The notes: generated from the sequence alone by a model not told the origin. DNA of 32,000 nucleotides from Desulfacinum hydrothermale DSM 13146 (GCF_900176285.1 NZ_FWXF01000001.1:73582-105581); one strand, 5' to 3'; shown: positions 17,687-27,029, counted from the stretch's first letter. Numbers and translations: made by a program.

Positions 17687-19135
17687 TTAGTCGCGCTCTA
17701 ATGGGGGCATCGTGTTCCCGGAGGGCTGCAGGGCCTCCAGGCCGTAGCGGCGGATCTTACGCCGCAGGGTGTTCTTGTCGATGCCCAGCTCACGTGCCGT
17801 GGCCATGCGCTTCCAGTTGTTGCGTTCCAGGGCTTCCCAAATGGCGCGCTTTTCGATTTCCTGAAGCGTCCAGCCCTGGAGCGGCTGGAACCCGCGCACC
17901 TCCTTTTGAAGGTGTTCCGGCAGATGGTCCGGGAGGATCCACCCGTTGCGGCACAGAATGAAGGCATGTTCAATGGCGTTTTCCAGTTCGCGGATGTTTC
18001 CGGGCCAATCGTGGCGCATGAAGACCTGAAGGGCTTCGGGGCTGAGGCCCAAAATCTTCTTTCCCTGCAGACGATTGAACCGATCGATGAAGTGTTCCAC
18101 CAGGAGAGGGATGTCTTCCCGTCTTTGGGCCAGCGGCGGAAGCCACAACTTGACCACGTTGACCCGGTAGTAGAGATCCTTGCGAAAGATCCCCTCTTCC
18201 ACCAGCTGGCTGAGGTCTTTGTTGGAGGCGGCGATGATCCGCACGTCCGCCTTGAGGCTCCTGGACGATCCCAAGGGTTCGTACACCTTTTCTTCCAGAA
18301 CCCGCAGGAGGCGCACCTGCAGGGCGGGGGACACGTCACCGATCTCATCCAGAAAGAGGGTGCCACCTTGAGCCATGGCGAAGCGGCCGGCCCGGCTCTT
18401 CTTGGCGTCCGTGAAGGCCCCCGCCACATGGCCGAACAGCTCCGATTCCAGCAGGGTGTCGGGCAGGGCCCCGCAGTTGACGGCCACGAAGGGGCCCTTG
18501 GACCGGCGGCTCAAGGAATGAAGCGTGCGGGCCAGTACTTCTTTTCCGGTACCGCTTTCCCCCTGAATGAGGACCGTGCTCTCGCTCTGGGCGATCTCCG
18601 GAAGGATCGCAAAGAGCTTCTGCATGGCGGGCGCTTTGCTCAGAATGTCTCCGAACCGGTATCTCTTGTGGATCTCCTGGCGCAGTTTCTCCACCACGGT
18701 GAGATCCCGAAAGGTCTCCACCCCGCCCACCGTTCGGCCGTGTTTGTCTTTCAACAGAGCCGTGCTGACGCTGATGGGTACTTCCCGGTTGGAGGCGTTC
18801 AGGATCGCCACGGGACGGTCCACCACCGGCCGGCCCGTCTCCATGGTGTGGCGCAGCACGCAGGCCGTCTCACACACACTGGCCCGGAAGACCTCACAGC
18901 ATGGACGGCCCAGGGCTTCTTCGGCTGGGATTTCCGTGATCCTTTCCGCCGCGCGATTGAAGAAGGTGACGCGAAAATCGGCGTCCACCGTGAAGACGCC
19001 GTCGGTGATGCTGTCCAGGATGGTCCGCGTCCATTCCGGAGCCGGCACGCCGGGATCGGCTATCCGCTTGTCTTCGGGATTGCCCGTGGGACACGCGGCC
19101 TTGTTCATGGAATCCATCCTGCGCATCATCCGCAC
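17687..19135 (-). CDS. PAS domain-containing sigma-54-dependent Fis-family regulator
   Basis: PAS-like N-terminus, AAA+ domain (GESGTGKEVLARTLH, GTLFLDEIGDV, ELFGHVAGAFTDAKK), C-terminal HTH NNWKRMATARELGIDKNTLRRKIRRYGL. Confidence 0.95.
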   Translation of the reverse strand: MRMMRRMDSMNKAACPTGNPEDKRIADPGVPAPEWTRTILDSITDGVFTVDADFRVTFFNRAAERITEIPAEEALGRPCCEVFRASVCETACVLRHTMETGRPVVDRPVAILNASNREVPISVSTALLKDKHGRTVGGVETFRDLTVVEKLRQEIHKRYRFGDILSKAPAMQKLFAILPEIAQSESTVLIQGESGTGKEVLARTLHSLSRRSKGPFVAVNCGALPDTLLESELFGHVAGAFTDAKKSRAGRFAMAQGGTLFLDEIGDVSPALQVRLLRVLEEKVYEPLGSSRSLKADVRIIAASNKDLSQLVEEGIFRKDLYYRVNVVKLWLPPLAQRREDIPLLVEHFIDRFNRLQGKKILGLSPEALQVFMRHDWPGNIRELENAIEHAFILCRNGWILPDHLPEHLQKEVRGFQPLQGWTLQEIEKRAIWEALERNNWKRMATARELGIDKNTLRRKIRRYGLEALQPSGNTMPPLERD

Positions 19136-19173
19136 TTCGTCATCCGAAATGCGGGCTGGGTGATGGGTCTGCC

Positions 19174-20043
19174 TCAGGGGCCGTCGAAGGCGAAGCCACA
19201 GACGGCTTCCCAGATCCTTTCGATTTCTCTCATGACTTGCGTTTCACCATAATCGACCAGGCTCCGCCCGTCAACTTGGGCCCGGGTGACCAGGGGATCG
19301 AAGGGAATGTGGCCCACAAAACGGGCGCCGGACGATACCGCCGCTTCCGCGATCCGATCCGCCTGGGCCCTGTGCAGGTCGGCCTTGTTGATGCAGACCG
19401 CCGCCGGGACCTTGAAATGTCGGGTCAATTCCAAGACTCGTTCCATGTCGTGGCGCCCGGACTGGGTGGGCTCGGAGACCACGAGCACCGCGTCGGCGTT
19501 TCCGATGGAGGCAATCACAGGGCAGCCCACACCGGGGGGGCCGTCGGTGAGGAGGCGCTCCACGCCCTCTTCTTCCGCCAGGCGTCGGGCTTCGGTGCGA
19601 ACAAGGGACACCAGCTTTCCGGAATTTTCTTCGGCAATGCCCAACCGGGCATGGACCATGGGCCCATAAGGAGTCCTGGAAACGAACCACTCCCCGCACG
19701 TCTTTTCCGGGAAGTCCACCGCCCCCGCAGGGCACAGGTGGGCGCACACCCCGCACCCTTCACACAGAAGCGGTTCCACGCGAAAGTGTTCGTTGATCGC
19801 TCCAAACCGGCACCAATCCAGGCAAAGACCGCATTGGGTGCACTTGTCCGAATCGATGACGGCCTCATGGCCGGCCGCAAAGGGATGGCGTTCCAGGAGT
19901 TCAGGCCGAACCACCAGGTGCAGATCCGCCGCGTCCACATCCGCGTCGCACAGGACCACTTTTCTCGCCAAGGCGGCAAAGGCGGCCACCAGGCTCGTCT
20001 TTCCCGTGCCCCCCTTACCGCTGATAACCACCAGTTCCTTCAT
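19174..20043 (-). CDS. MinD superfamily P-loop ATPase with inserted 2x[4Fe-4S] ferredoxin domain
   Basis: MKELVVISGKGGTGKTSLVAAF...CTQCGLCLDWCRFGAI...CEGCGVCAHLCPAGAV...LTDGPPGVGCPVIAS. Confidence 0.92.
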   Translation of the reverse strand: MKELVVISGKGGTGKTSLVAAFAALARKVVLCDADVDAADLHLVVRPELLERHPFAAGHEAVIDSDKCTQCGLCLDWCRFGAINEHFRVEPLLCEGCGVCAHLCPAGAVDFPEKTCGEWFVSRTPYGPMVHARLGIAEENSGKLVSLVRTEARRLAEEEGVERLLTDGPPGVGCPVIASIGNADAVLVVSEPTQSGRHDMERVLELTRHFKVPAAVCINKADLHRAQADRIAEAAVSSGARFVGHIPFDPLVTRAQVDGRSLVDYGETQVMREIERIWEAVCGFAFDGP

Positions 20044-20058
20044 TCAAGAGGCTCCTCT

Positions 20059-20916
20059 TCAGCAGGCTGCTTTCCAAGACCGCAGGGTCTCCAGGATCTT
20101 TTCGTAGAGCTGTACCATGGCCTCTTTCCACTGGGGAAGCACCTCCACCAGCAGGCTTCCGCGGGCATAGGCTTCGGCCGTTTTCTTGTCGAAGGGCATT
20201 TCCAAGAGGATGGGGATGCCCTGCTGCTCGGCAAAGCGGTGGACCCGGCGGTCCCCGATGTCGCATCGGTTGATCACCAGTCCCATGGGCAGACCCAACT
20301 TGCGCACCGCGCCCACGGCCAGTTCCAGGTCGTTGAGGCCGAAGGGGGTGGGCTCCGTGACCAGCAGGGCAAAATCAGCTCCCCACAGGCTGGCCACCAC
20401 GGGGCAGGAAGTGCCGGGGGGAGCGTCGATGAGAGTGAGCTCCCCCTCCAAACCCTGATGCTTTCGCACCTGCTCGATCAAAGGCGGCGCCATGGCCTCG
20501 CCCACCCGAAGGCGTCCTTCCACAAGGCTCACCATGCCCCGGCAGCCCCAGCGCACCTCCCCCACCAGGCGCTTGGACCAGCCGATGGCCTCTTCTTGAC
20601 AGACAAGGGCGCACCCTCTGCAGCTATGGCACAGCTCCGGGAAGGTCATGGCGATTTCGGGCAGGATGGCAATGGCGTTGAACTGGCAAAGTTCCTGACA
20701 GGCACCGCACAGGCTGCACCGTTCCGCATCGATTTCCGGTACGTCCAGGTGGAACAGCTCCGACCCCGTCCAGCGAGGTTGCAAAAAGAGATGCGCATTG
20801 GGCTGCTCCACGTCGCAATCCAGAAGGGTTACAGGCTTTTCCAGACCGGCGGCCAGGTTGCACGCAATGGTGGTCTTGCCGGTGCCCCCCTTGCCGCTGG
20901 CGATGGCGATGATCAT
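20059..20916 (-). CDS. MinD superfamily P-loop ATPase with inserted ferredoxin domain (second copy)
   Basis: MIIAIASGKGGTGKTTIACNLAAGL...CSLCGACQELCQFNAI...CHSCRGCALVCQEEAI...LIDAPPGTSCPVVAS; start corrected from the 21066 track start. Confidence 0.92.
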   Translation of the reverse strand: MIIAIASGKGGTGKTTIACNLAAGLEKPVTLLDCDVEQPNAHLFLQPRWTGSELFHLDVPEIDAERCSLCGACQELCQFNAIAILPEIAMTFPELCHSCRGCALVCQEEAIGWSKRLVGEVRWGCRGMVSLVEGRLRVGEAMAPPLIEQVRKHQGLEGELTLIDAPPGTSCPVVASLWGADFALLVTEPTPFGLNDLELAVGAVRKLGLPMGLVINRCDIGDRRVHRFAEQQGIPILLEMPFDKKTAEAYARGSLLVEVLPQWKEAMVQLYEKILETLRSWKAAC

Positions 20917-21539
20917 GCGTTCCCTCCCCGAACCATGGCTGTGCCGCATTGGGGACATACGACCTGTGTGCATGGGATGCCCCGCTGATGCTTTACCTTT
21001 TCTCCACACTGGGGACAGACACAGGTGCCGGCCGGTGCGCCCTGGCCGCGGCCGGCCCCTTGGCAAGCGCCTCTTCTTTGGCCTCCACCCCCCTGACCTC
21101 GGCCCTGTCCCCCGCCGCGCTGTCCGGATCCTTTTCCGCTACCAAATGCCATGATGTCTCCTTCCGAATGGATTTTCGGGGTGGGTGGTCCAGGCCTTCG
21201 GTATCGCCTGGGTCCACGACACCCGGGCAGCCAGAATCTGCTCTGGTCCAGCTTCCCCTCTTTGTAAGCTTCCAGGACTTCTTCCAGCTCGCCCGCCACC
21301 CCATGGATGATGTGGATGCCCAGTCCTTGGGCGTAATGGAGCAGCTCCGGGCTCAATGCACCGCAAATGAGCGTGCGAATCCCTTGCGCCCTCAATGCGG
21401 CCAGGCGTTGGTAGGGACGGGAATCCGACAGATCCAGGAGTTTCGCACTGGAATCGCCGGCCATCCCCACCACCACGATCTTGGTGCTCCAGTCCAATAC
21501 CGGGGCCACCCGGCCCCGCAAAACCGCTATCGCCACCAT
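20913..21539 (-). CDS. NifX-like domain joined in frame to a Gly/Gln/Arg-rich segment and C-terminal zinc ribbon
   Basis: MVAIAVLRGRVAPVLDWSTKIVVVG...GIRTLICGALSPELLHYAQGLGIHIIHGVAGELEEVLEAYKEGKLDQSRFWLPGCRG... then CVCPQCGEKVKHQRGIPCTQVVCPQCGTAMVR; ATGA overlap with the MinD gene; good SD (GGAGGAG). Confidence 0.75.
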   Translation of the reverse strand: MVAIAVLRGRVAPVLDWSTKIVVVGMAGDSSAKLLDLSDSRPYQRLAALRAQGIRTLICGALSPELLHYAQGLGIHIIHGVAGELEEVLEAYKEGKLDQSRFWLPGCRGPRRYRRPGPPTPKIHSEGDIMAFGSGKGSGQRGGGQGRGQGGGGQRRGACQGAGRGQGAPAGTCVCPQCGEKVKHQRGIPCTQVVCPQCGTAMVRGGNA

Positions 21540-21565
21540 GGCCCGTCTCCTCCTCGCCGGCTCTG

Positions 21566-21585
21566 AAAAGCATTCTTCATGCCAA
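21566..21585 (-). promoter_or_regulatory. Candidate sigma-54 (-24/-12) promoter of the NifX-like/MinD operon
   Basis: Reverse strand TTGGCATGAAGAATGCTTTT: GG and GC dinucleotides with canonical 10-nt separation, close upstream of the 21539 start. Confidence 0.7.
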
Positions 21586-21792
21586 GCACGTCGGTGCGGA
21601 GCCGGGGACGGAGGACAGGGCTCACAATCTAATATAAAAACGTTGGGATAGGGCCTGACAGAAGAAGGAAGGGGGAGGGTTGGTGAAGAGGAGAAAAAGG
21701 CAGTTGGGGCCCCGGGTGGGTTCAAAACGCACCCACCTGGGGGGCCGTCCTTTATCCCAGCCTTTCAGCGGCGCAGTGGGAGCCGGAAGCGC

Positions 21793-21981
21793 TTACTTGT
21801 CCGACTTGTAGCTTTCCTGAAAGACTTGGGGATTGACGTTACCCGAATCCGGGCCGCCGCATTCGGGAATGTAGCAGGTCACATCGATGAATTCGCACTT
21901 TTCCTTGCAGGAAGGGCAGGTCTCCGGCGGGGTGGTGGCCTCCACGGTATTGCCGCACTTGTTACATTTCCAAACGCTCAT
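21793..21981 (-). CDS. Small rubredoxin-like zinc/iron ribbon protein
   Basis: [62 protein letters not shown] with two CxxC knuckles. Confidence 0.8.
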   Translation of the reverse strand: MSVWKCNKCGNTVEATTPPETCPSCKEKCEFIDVTCYIPECGGPDSGNVNPQVFQESYKSDK

Positions 21982-22167
21982 GGTCTCCTCCTCGATGAAT
22001 GGACAGTACCTCTCAAAAATACGTTGGAACCGCTTTCCCCTAACCTTAACCATCCCAAGGCGCCTAGCCAACGGCCGATCTTTTTATGGGCCGTTTTGGA
22101 ATCCGGTGGGCTCGCTCTTTTCAAAAGAAGGGCGGCTTGCCGTTCTTTTACCCGTCCGCCTGCCGGA

Positions 22168-22929
22168 TCACGGACTCACCAGCAGGCTCGAACAGGTGAG
22201 GCCCGCTTCGGCCTTTCGCAGCTCGGAGATGTCCACGGTTTCCACGGAAAATCCGGCTTGGCGCAGCATCCTTTCCGTCCGGGCAAATCCTTGGGCCACA
22301 AGCACCGACCGGTGGAGCCGCAGGATGTTGGCGGCTTCGGCTTCCTCTTCGGGGACTTCCAAAACGCGGAAGCCGCCGAAGGGCTCCATGTCGATCCACG
22401 CCGGGTAGGCCACCAGGGTGTGATCGTCGGCGGCCGTGACGGCGGTCTTGAGATGCAGACAGCCGTGCACCTGGACCGGCTTCACCTGGTAGCCGTGGGG
22501 AGCCAGGATGGCCCGAAGCTGTTCCATCCCGTCCCGGTTGGTGCGCAACGAAAGGCCCACAAACAAGGTCTTGCCCACGCGCAGGACGTCCCCTCCGTCC
22601 AGGGTGCCCGGGGCCTGGATGGCTGCCAGAGGGCGGTAGCGGGCCAACGCAGGCCGGATCCCGGCCACTTCCTCCCTTCGGGAAGGCGCCCCCGGCCGGC
22701 ATAGAACAGCGATTTCGTCCAGCACCACGGCGGTATCTTCCACGAAGACGGAATCCGGTAGATGCTCGTTGACGGTGAGTTCCTCCACGGAAAAGCCGTG
22801 GCGGCGCAGGACGTCCTGGTAGGCCGCGTGCTGTCGCCGGGCCCGATCCAGATCCAGCGGCTCCCTCACGCGATGGGTCAGTTCACATTGGTGGATGTTG
22901 GGCGAGACGCGATGGGTGATGGCGATCAT
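22168..22929 (-). CDS. Dimethylarginine dimethylaminohydrolase (DDAH)-like / amidinotransferase-fold protein
   Basis: MIAITHRVSPNIHQCELTHRVREPLDLDRARRQHAAYQDVLRRHG...DSVFVEDTAVVLDEIAVLCRPGAPSRREE...GTLDGGDVLRVGKTLFVGLSLRTN...HGCLHLKTAVTA. The longer ORF to 23916 is an over-extension. Confidence 0.85.
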   Translation of the reverse strand: MIAITHRVSPNIHQCELTHRVREPLDLDRARRQHAAYQDVLRRHGFSVEELTVNEHLPDSVFVEDTAVVLDEIAVLCRPGAPSRREEVAGIRPALARYRPLAAIQAPGTLDGGDVLRVGKTLFVGLSLRTNRDGMEQLRAILAPHGYQVKPVQVHGCLHLKTAVTAADDHTLVAYPAWIDMEPFGGFRVLEVPEEEAEAANILRLHRSVLVAQGFARTERMLRQAGFSVETVDISELRKAEAGLTCSSLLVSP

Positions 22930-23139
22930 TTCGTTAGCCTTCCAAGCGGAATGGGTTGGGTGTTCCGGAAATGAAGGATCACAGGTCACGGCCGTCCCAC
23001 GGCGGACCGCGGTCCATCCTACACGAACCGCTTGCCTCTTTCCACGGGGAGGTCTATGGTCTATCTTCCGTTGGGTCGGCATGGGAAAGCGGGAACTTTT
23101 CAGGGGCTTGGCACGCCGAGAAGGCGTTTCCAGAGTGGG

Positions 23140-23850
23140 ATGGCTATGGTCGGCACGGCGATCAATGTGACCACAGTGGTGACGGGGGGCCTCATCGGGA
23201 CCTTCCTGGGGGCCCGGCTTCCGCAAAACACGCAGCGTTCCGTGATGCACGGTTTGGGGCTCCTGACCCTGGTCATCGGCATGCAGATGGCCATGAAGAC
23301 GGAGAACGTTCTCATCCTGCTGGGGGCCATCCTGGTGGGGGTTATCGTGGGGGAGGGGCTGCAACTTCAGACGGGGCTGGAACGACTGGGCAACCGGCTG
23401 CAGGCCCTGTTCAAGGCGGGAACCCATTCCACGGTGAGCGAAGGCTTCGTGACGGCCAGCCTGGTCTTTTGCGTGGGGCCCATGGCCATCCTGGGATCCC
23501 TTCAAGACGGCCTGTCGGGCGATTTCAAGCTGCTTGCCATCAAATCCATGCTGGACGGCTTCGCCGCCATCGCCTTTTCGGCCAGCCTGGGCTGGGGCGT
23601 GCTTCTGTCGGCGGTGAGCGTCTTTTTGTACCAAGGAAGCATCACCCTGCTGGCCGCCGGACTGGACAGGATCCTCACCCCGGAAATGATCACGGAAATA
23701 TCCGCCGCCGGCGGGCTCCTCATCGCCGCCATAGGGCTCAAGCTCTTGAACGTAAAGGATATTCGCATCGCCAACTTTCTGCCGGCCCTGGCCGTAGCTC
23801 CGGTCATCGTGGCCCTGCTGCCGCTTCTCAAGGCCTGGTGGCCCTACTGA
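23140..23850 (+). CDS. DUF554 family membrane protein
   Basis: MAMVGTAINVTTVVTGGLIGTFLGARLPQNTQRSVMHGLGLLTLVIGMQMAMKT...VGVIVGEGLQLQTGLERLG...FVTASLVFCVGPMAILGSLQDGLSG. Confidence 0.88.
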   Translation: MAMVGTAINVTTVVTGGLIGTFLGARLPQNTQRSVMHGLGLLTLVIGMQMAMKTENVLILLGAILVGVIVGEGLQLQTGLERLGNRLQALFKAGTHSTVSEGFVTASLVFCVGPMAILGSLQDGLSGDFKLLAIKSMLDGFAAIAFSASLGWGVLLSAVSVFLYQGSITLLAAGLDRILTPEMITEISAAGGLLIAAIGLKLLNVKDIRIANFLPALAVAPVIVALLPLLKAWWPY

Positions 23851-23887
23851 TCCAGGGACCGGCGCGGAAACGCCCAGGAGTCTACAC

Positions 23888-25387
23888 ATGAAGTGCACCG
23901 ACTTTCCCGAATCCATCCGTCCTTACGTGGTGCCGGAAGTGGCCGGCCGATACATCTATCGCTGTCTGGGCTGCCAGGCGACCTTCGGGGTGGAAGAGCT
24001 GCTCTACACGTGCCCTCAGTGCGGCAGCGTGCTCATGATCCGGGATGAGGACTGGGATCGGCTGAAGGCCATACCCGGTCCCACCTGGCGACGCATTTTC
24101 GATTATCGTGCCATGGTGACGGAACCGGCCCTCAAAGGGATCTACCGCTTTCACGAACTGCTGGGTTCGATCCTGCCCCTGGACGCCGTGATCTACCTGG
24201 GCGAAGGGCACACGCCTGTGGTGCAGGCCAACGCCAAGATGCGCGACTGGGTGGGTCGGCCGTTCTTCTTCAAAAATGACGGGCAAAACCCCAGTGCCTC
24301 CTTCAAGGACCGGGGCATGGCCAGCGCCTTCAGCTACCTCAATCACCTCATCAAGAGCCAGGGCCTGACCCAGGTGTTGGCTGTCTGTGCCTCCACGGGG
24401 GACACGTCCGCCGCGGCGGCCCTCTACGCGTCCTACCTGGTGGACGGAGTGACCTCCGCCGTGCTGCTGCCCCAGGGCAAGGTGACTCCCCAGCAGCTGA
24501 GTCAACCCTTGGGCAGCGGCGCGCGGGTCATCGAGATCCCCGGGGTCTTCGACGATTGCATGAAGATCGTGGAATACCTGGCGGAACACTATCCGGTGGC
24601 TCTCATGAACTCCAAGAACGCCTGGCGCATCCTGGGGCAGGAATCCTACAGCTACGAAATCGCCCAGGCCTTCGACTACGAGGTGGCCGATCTGGTGGTG
24701 ACGGTCCCCATCGGAAACGCGGGCAACATCACGGCGGTCATGGCGGGCTTTCTCAAGCTTCACGACCTGGGGATCATCACCCAACTGCCGTGGATCCTGG
24801 GCGTCCAGTCCCACCACGCCGATCCGGTCTATCGCTACTATCTGGAACCGGATCCCCAAAAGCGGGAATTCCGGCCGGTGACGGTGCAGCCCAGCGTGGC
24901 CCAGGCGGCCATGATCGGCAATCCGGTCAGCATGCCCCGGGTGGTCCAGCTGGTGGAGCAGTTCCGGTCCATCGCGGGAGACCAGGCGGTCCAGGTGGTT
25001 CAGGTGACGGAACAAGAGATCATGGATGCCATGCTGCGGGCCAACCGAAACGGGCACATCGCCTGCACCCAGGGCGGCGAGTGCCTGGCGGGATGGCGGC
25101 GAGCCGTTGCGGATGGAGCCATCCCGGACGGAAAGGTGGGCGTGCTGGACGCCACGGCCCACGCGCTCAAGTTCGCCATCTTCCAGGAAAAGTACTTTGA
25201 GGATCGCTTCGAGCCCGAATTCGGCGTGGTGCCCAAGGAAGAACTGCGGAATCGCCCGGTGCTGGTGCGCCCTCCCCAGGGGGTGCCCTGTCCGGTGCCG
25301 GGAGCGGGCATGGACGCCGAGTCCTTCCGCGCCTTCGTGACGGCCACGGGCGACGCCGTGGCGTCCATGCTTGGCTTGCGAAAATAG
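23888..25387 (+). CDS. thrC: Threonine synthase
   Basis: YRCLGCQATFG...YTCPQCGSVL N-terminal ribbon, PLP fold II with NDGQNPSASFKDRGMASAFSYL, CASTGDTSAAAALYASY, TVPIGNAGNITAVMAGF. Confidence 0.92.
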   Translation: MKCTDFPESIRPYVVPEVAGRYIYRCLGCQATFGVEELLYTCPQCGSVLMIRDEDWDRLKAIPGPTWRRIFDYRAMVTEPALKGIYRFHELLGSILPLDAVIYLGEGHTPVVQANAKMRDWVGRPFFFKNDGQNPSASFKDRGMASAFSYLNHLIKSQGLTQVLAVCASTGDTSAAAALYASYLVDGVTSAVLLPQGKVTPQQLSQPLGSGARVIEIPGVFDDCMKIVEYLAEHYPVALMNSKNAWRILGQESYSYEIAQAFDYEVADLVVTVPIGNAGNITAVMAGFLKLHDLGIITQLPWILGVQSHHADPVYRYYLEPDPQKREFRPVTVQPSVAQAAMIGNPVSMPRVVQLVEQFRSIAGDQAVQVVQVTEQEIMDAMLRANRNGHIACTQGGECLAGWRRAVADGAIPDGKVGVLDATAHALKFAIFQEKYFEDRFEPEFGVVPKEELRNRPVLVRPPQGVPCPVPGAGMDAESFRAFVTATGDAVASMLGLRK

Positions 25388-25473
25388 CGCCAAGCCCCGC
25401 CCCTCCTCGGGCAGGGGGCGGGCTGCCCTGGCACCGGCGGATCTTTCCGCCCCTGGGCGGCCTGCCGGCGGGA

Positions 25474-26364
25474 TCAGCGCAGGACCATCACAGAGGTCCT
25501 GCAGGTGCTCACGAAATGGCCGATGGAATCGGTCTTCTTCTTGAATAGGCGGGACAGGGGGGACTTCTTTCCCAGCCAGAGGGCCAGGAGCCCTTCGGTG
25601 ACCTGGGAGGAGATGAACTGCTGAAAATCGTCCGTTTCGCTGAAGCGGATGTTGGCCGGCACGCCTTTCCCCTTGTAGTAGTCGTAAACGGCATTGAGCC
25701 AGGGAAAGACCTCACGCTTGATGCCCCCTGCCTTGGTGAGACCCACCACCTCCAGCTCGGCCCCCGTGATGGAAGCCATCTGATTCATCATTTCCAAGGC
25801 GTCCTGGGTGATGTCGCTTTCGTCCAGGCACAGGAAGAGCTTGCGGATGGGCACCGCCTCTTTCACGAGGAGGACCGAGACCTCGGCTCCATCCACCACC
25901 TTCTGGGGCACCTGGGGATCGTCCTGCCACAAGCACTGCTCCCCGGGGGTGCATCCCATGACGATGAGGCTGCAGGCGTCCTCTTCGGCCGCGGCCAGAA
26001 TCTCCGATGCTGTCGGGCCGAAACGGACCCGGATCTTCAACTCCTTCATGGCTCCTCGCGCCACCTGCAGGTGTTCCCAAAGGCCTTGGCGAAGGCGGAT
26101 CCACTCGTGCTGCTGGCGGGTGGGAGCGTAGGGTGAGTTGCCCTCCGGCCAGTGGGTGAGAAACGCGTCCCGATACCGCGCGAGAGCTTCCAAAGTAGGA
26201 TGGGTGTGGGCCGGCACGGTTCCCGGAGCGGCCGCCTGTTCCATGGATTTGTCCAGAACGCCGAGGAAAGTGAGGTCCGCCCAGGTGTTTTCGGCCAACT
26301 TGGCGAGGACCTGCAAGGCGTGGGCGCTGTACGGGTGTTGGTCCGCAGCGAAGAGAATCCTCAT
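25474..26364 (-). CDS. Universal-stress-like protein with two USP-like halves
   Basis: MRILFAADQHPYSAHALQVLAKLAENTWADLTFLGVLDK...SEILAAAEEDACSLIVMGCTPGEQ... and second half VPIRKLFLCLDESDITQDALEMM... Confidence 0.65.
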   Translation of the reverse strand: MRILFAADQHPYSAHALQVLAKLAENTWADLTFLGVLDKSMEQAAAPGTVPAHTHPTLEALARYRDAFLTHWPEGNSPYAPTRQQHEWIRLRQGLWEHLQVARGAMKELKIRVRFGPTASEILAAAEEDACSLIVMGCTPGEQCLWQDDPQVPQKVVDGAEVSVLLVKEAVPIRKLFLCLDESDITQDALEMMNQMASITGAELEVVGLTKAGGIKREVFPWLNAVYDYYKGKGVPANIRFSETDDFQQFISSQVTEGLLALWLGKKSPLSRLFKKKTDSIGHFVSTCRTSVMVLR

Positions 26365-26639
26365 GATGTCACCTCCTTTTGCAGGAAACGTTGGGTGGAA
26401 GCCTCCATGGGGAAGCCCACGTCCATCGGCCTGGGGCGGCCGATTCCCGTTTCGGGGCTTCGGGCATCGAGCCCGAGCGCATCTGTGATTGTCATGTCAA
26501 AACCTGTCGCCAACGCATGTTCCCAGGGGGCGCTTGCACGGTTTGCTTTCGCAGAGCCGGGATCACGCCCCTACGGCGGCCCGGCCAAGCCGACCGCACG
26601 GCCCCACAGGGAGTAATCTGGGCGTTCTCAGAAAAGCTC

Positions 26640-27029
26640 CTAGGAACCAGCCCGCCTTTTCGCCTCCGCCCGGCGCACCACGTCCACGATCTCGTGGATC
26701 TTGAACGGCTTGGCCACGAAGTCGAACACGCCCTTTTGCAGGGATTCCTTGGCGGTCTCCATGGTGGCGAAGCCCGTGATGACGATGACCTCCGTGGACG
26801 GGGATTGGTTCTTGACCTCCGTGAGAAATTGCATCCCGTCGATCTTTTCCATCTTGAGGTCGGTGATCACCACGTCGAAATCTTGCTCCCGGGTCCGCTC
26901 CAGGGCACGGGTGCTGTCCGTGAAGGTTTCCACCTCATAGCCGGCCTTTTCGAACGCAGGTTTCAGTCGCTTGCAGACGATGGGCTCATCGTCCAGAATC
27001 AGGATCCGAGTCTTGTCTTCCTTATCCAT
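26640..27029 (-). CDS. Stand-alone response regulator receiver protein
   Basis: TRILILDDEPIVCKRLKPAFEKAGYEVETFTDSTRALE...DVVITDLKMEKIDGMQFLTEVKN...VIVITGFATMETAKESLQKGVFDFVAKPF. Confidence 0.93.
   Translation of the reverse strand: MDKEDKTRILILDDEPIVCKRLKPAFEKAGYEVETFTDSTRALERTREQDFDVVITDLKMEKIDGMQFLTEVKNQSPSTEVIVITGFATMETAKESLQKGVFDFVAKPFKIHEIVDVVRRAEAKRRAGS

Noticed and set aside
17906-19252. 448-aa plus-strand ORF opposite the sigma-54 regulator
   Set aside because: Mirror frame of a strongly conserved AAA+ regulator; no independent coding signal.
19237-20988. 583-aa plus-strand ORF antisense to the MinD genes
   Set aside because: Shadow ORF in high-GC DNA; low-complexity His/Gly/Pro-rich translation, while the minus strand encodes two clear ATPases.
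22946-23916. Long minus-strand extension (to 582 aa) of the DDAH-like ORF across DUF554
   Set aside because: The conserved protein starts at 22929; the extension is antisense to the well-supported DUF554 gene.
25390-25465. GC-rich inverted repeats between thrC and the convergent USP-like gene, initially considered another repeat-family copy
   Set aside because: Only generic GC-rich similarity; more simply a bidirectional hairpin/terminator region between convergent genes.
26365-26639. Possible small gene or sigma-54 promoter in the gap between the USP-like gene and response regulator
   Set aside because: Candidate -24/-12 matches have wrong spacing or lack conserved bases; the 26489..26704 ORF has no recognisable features.
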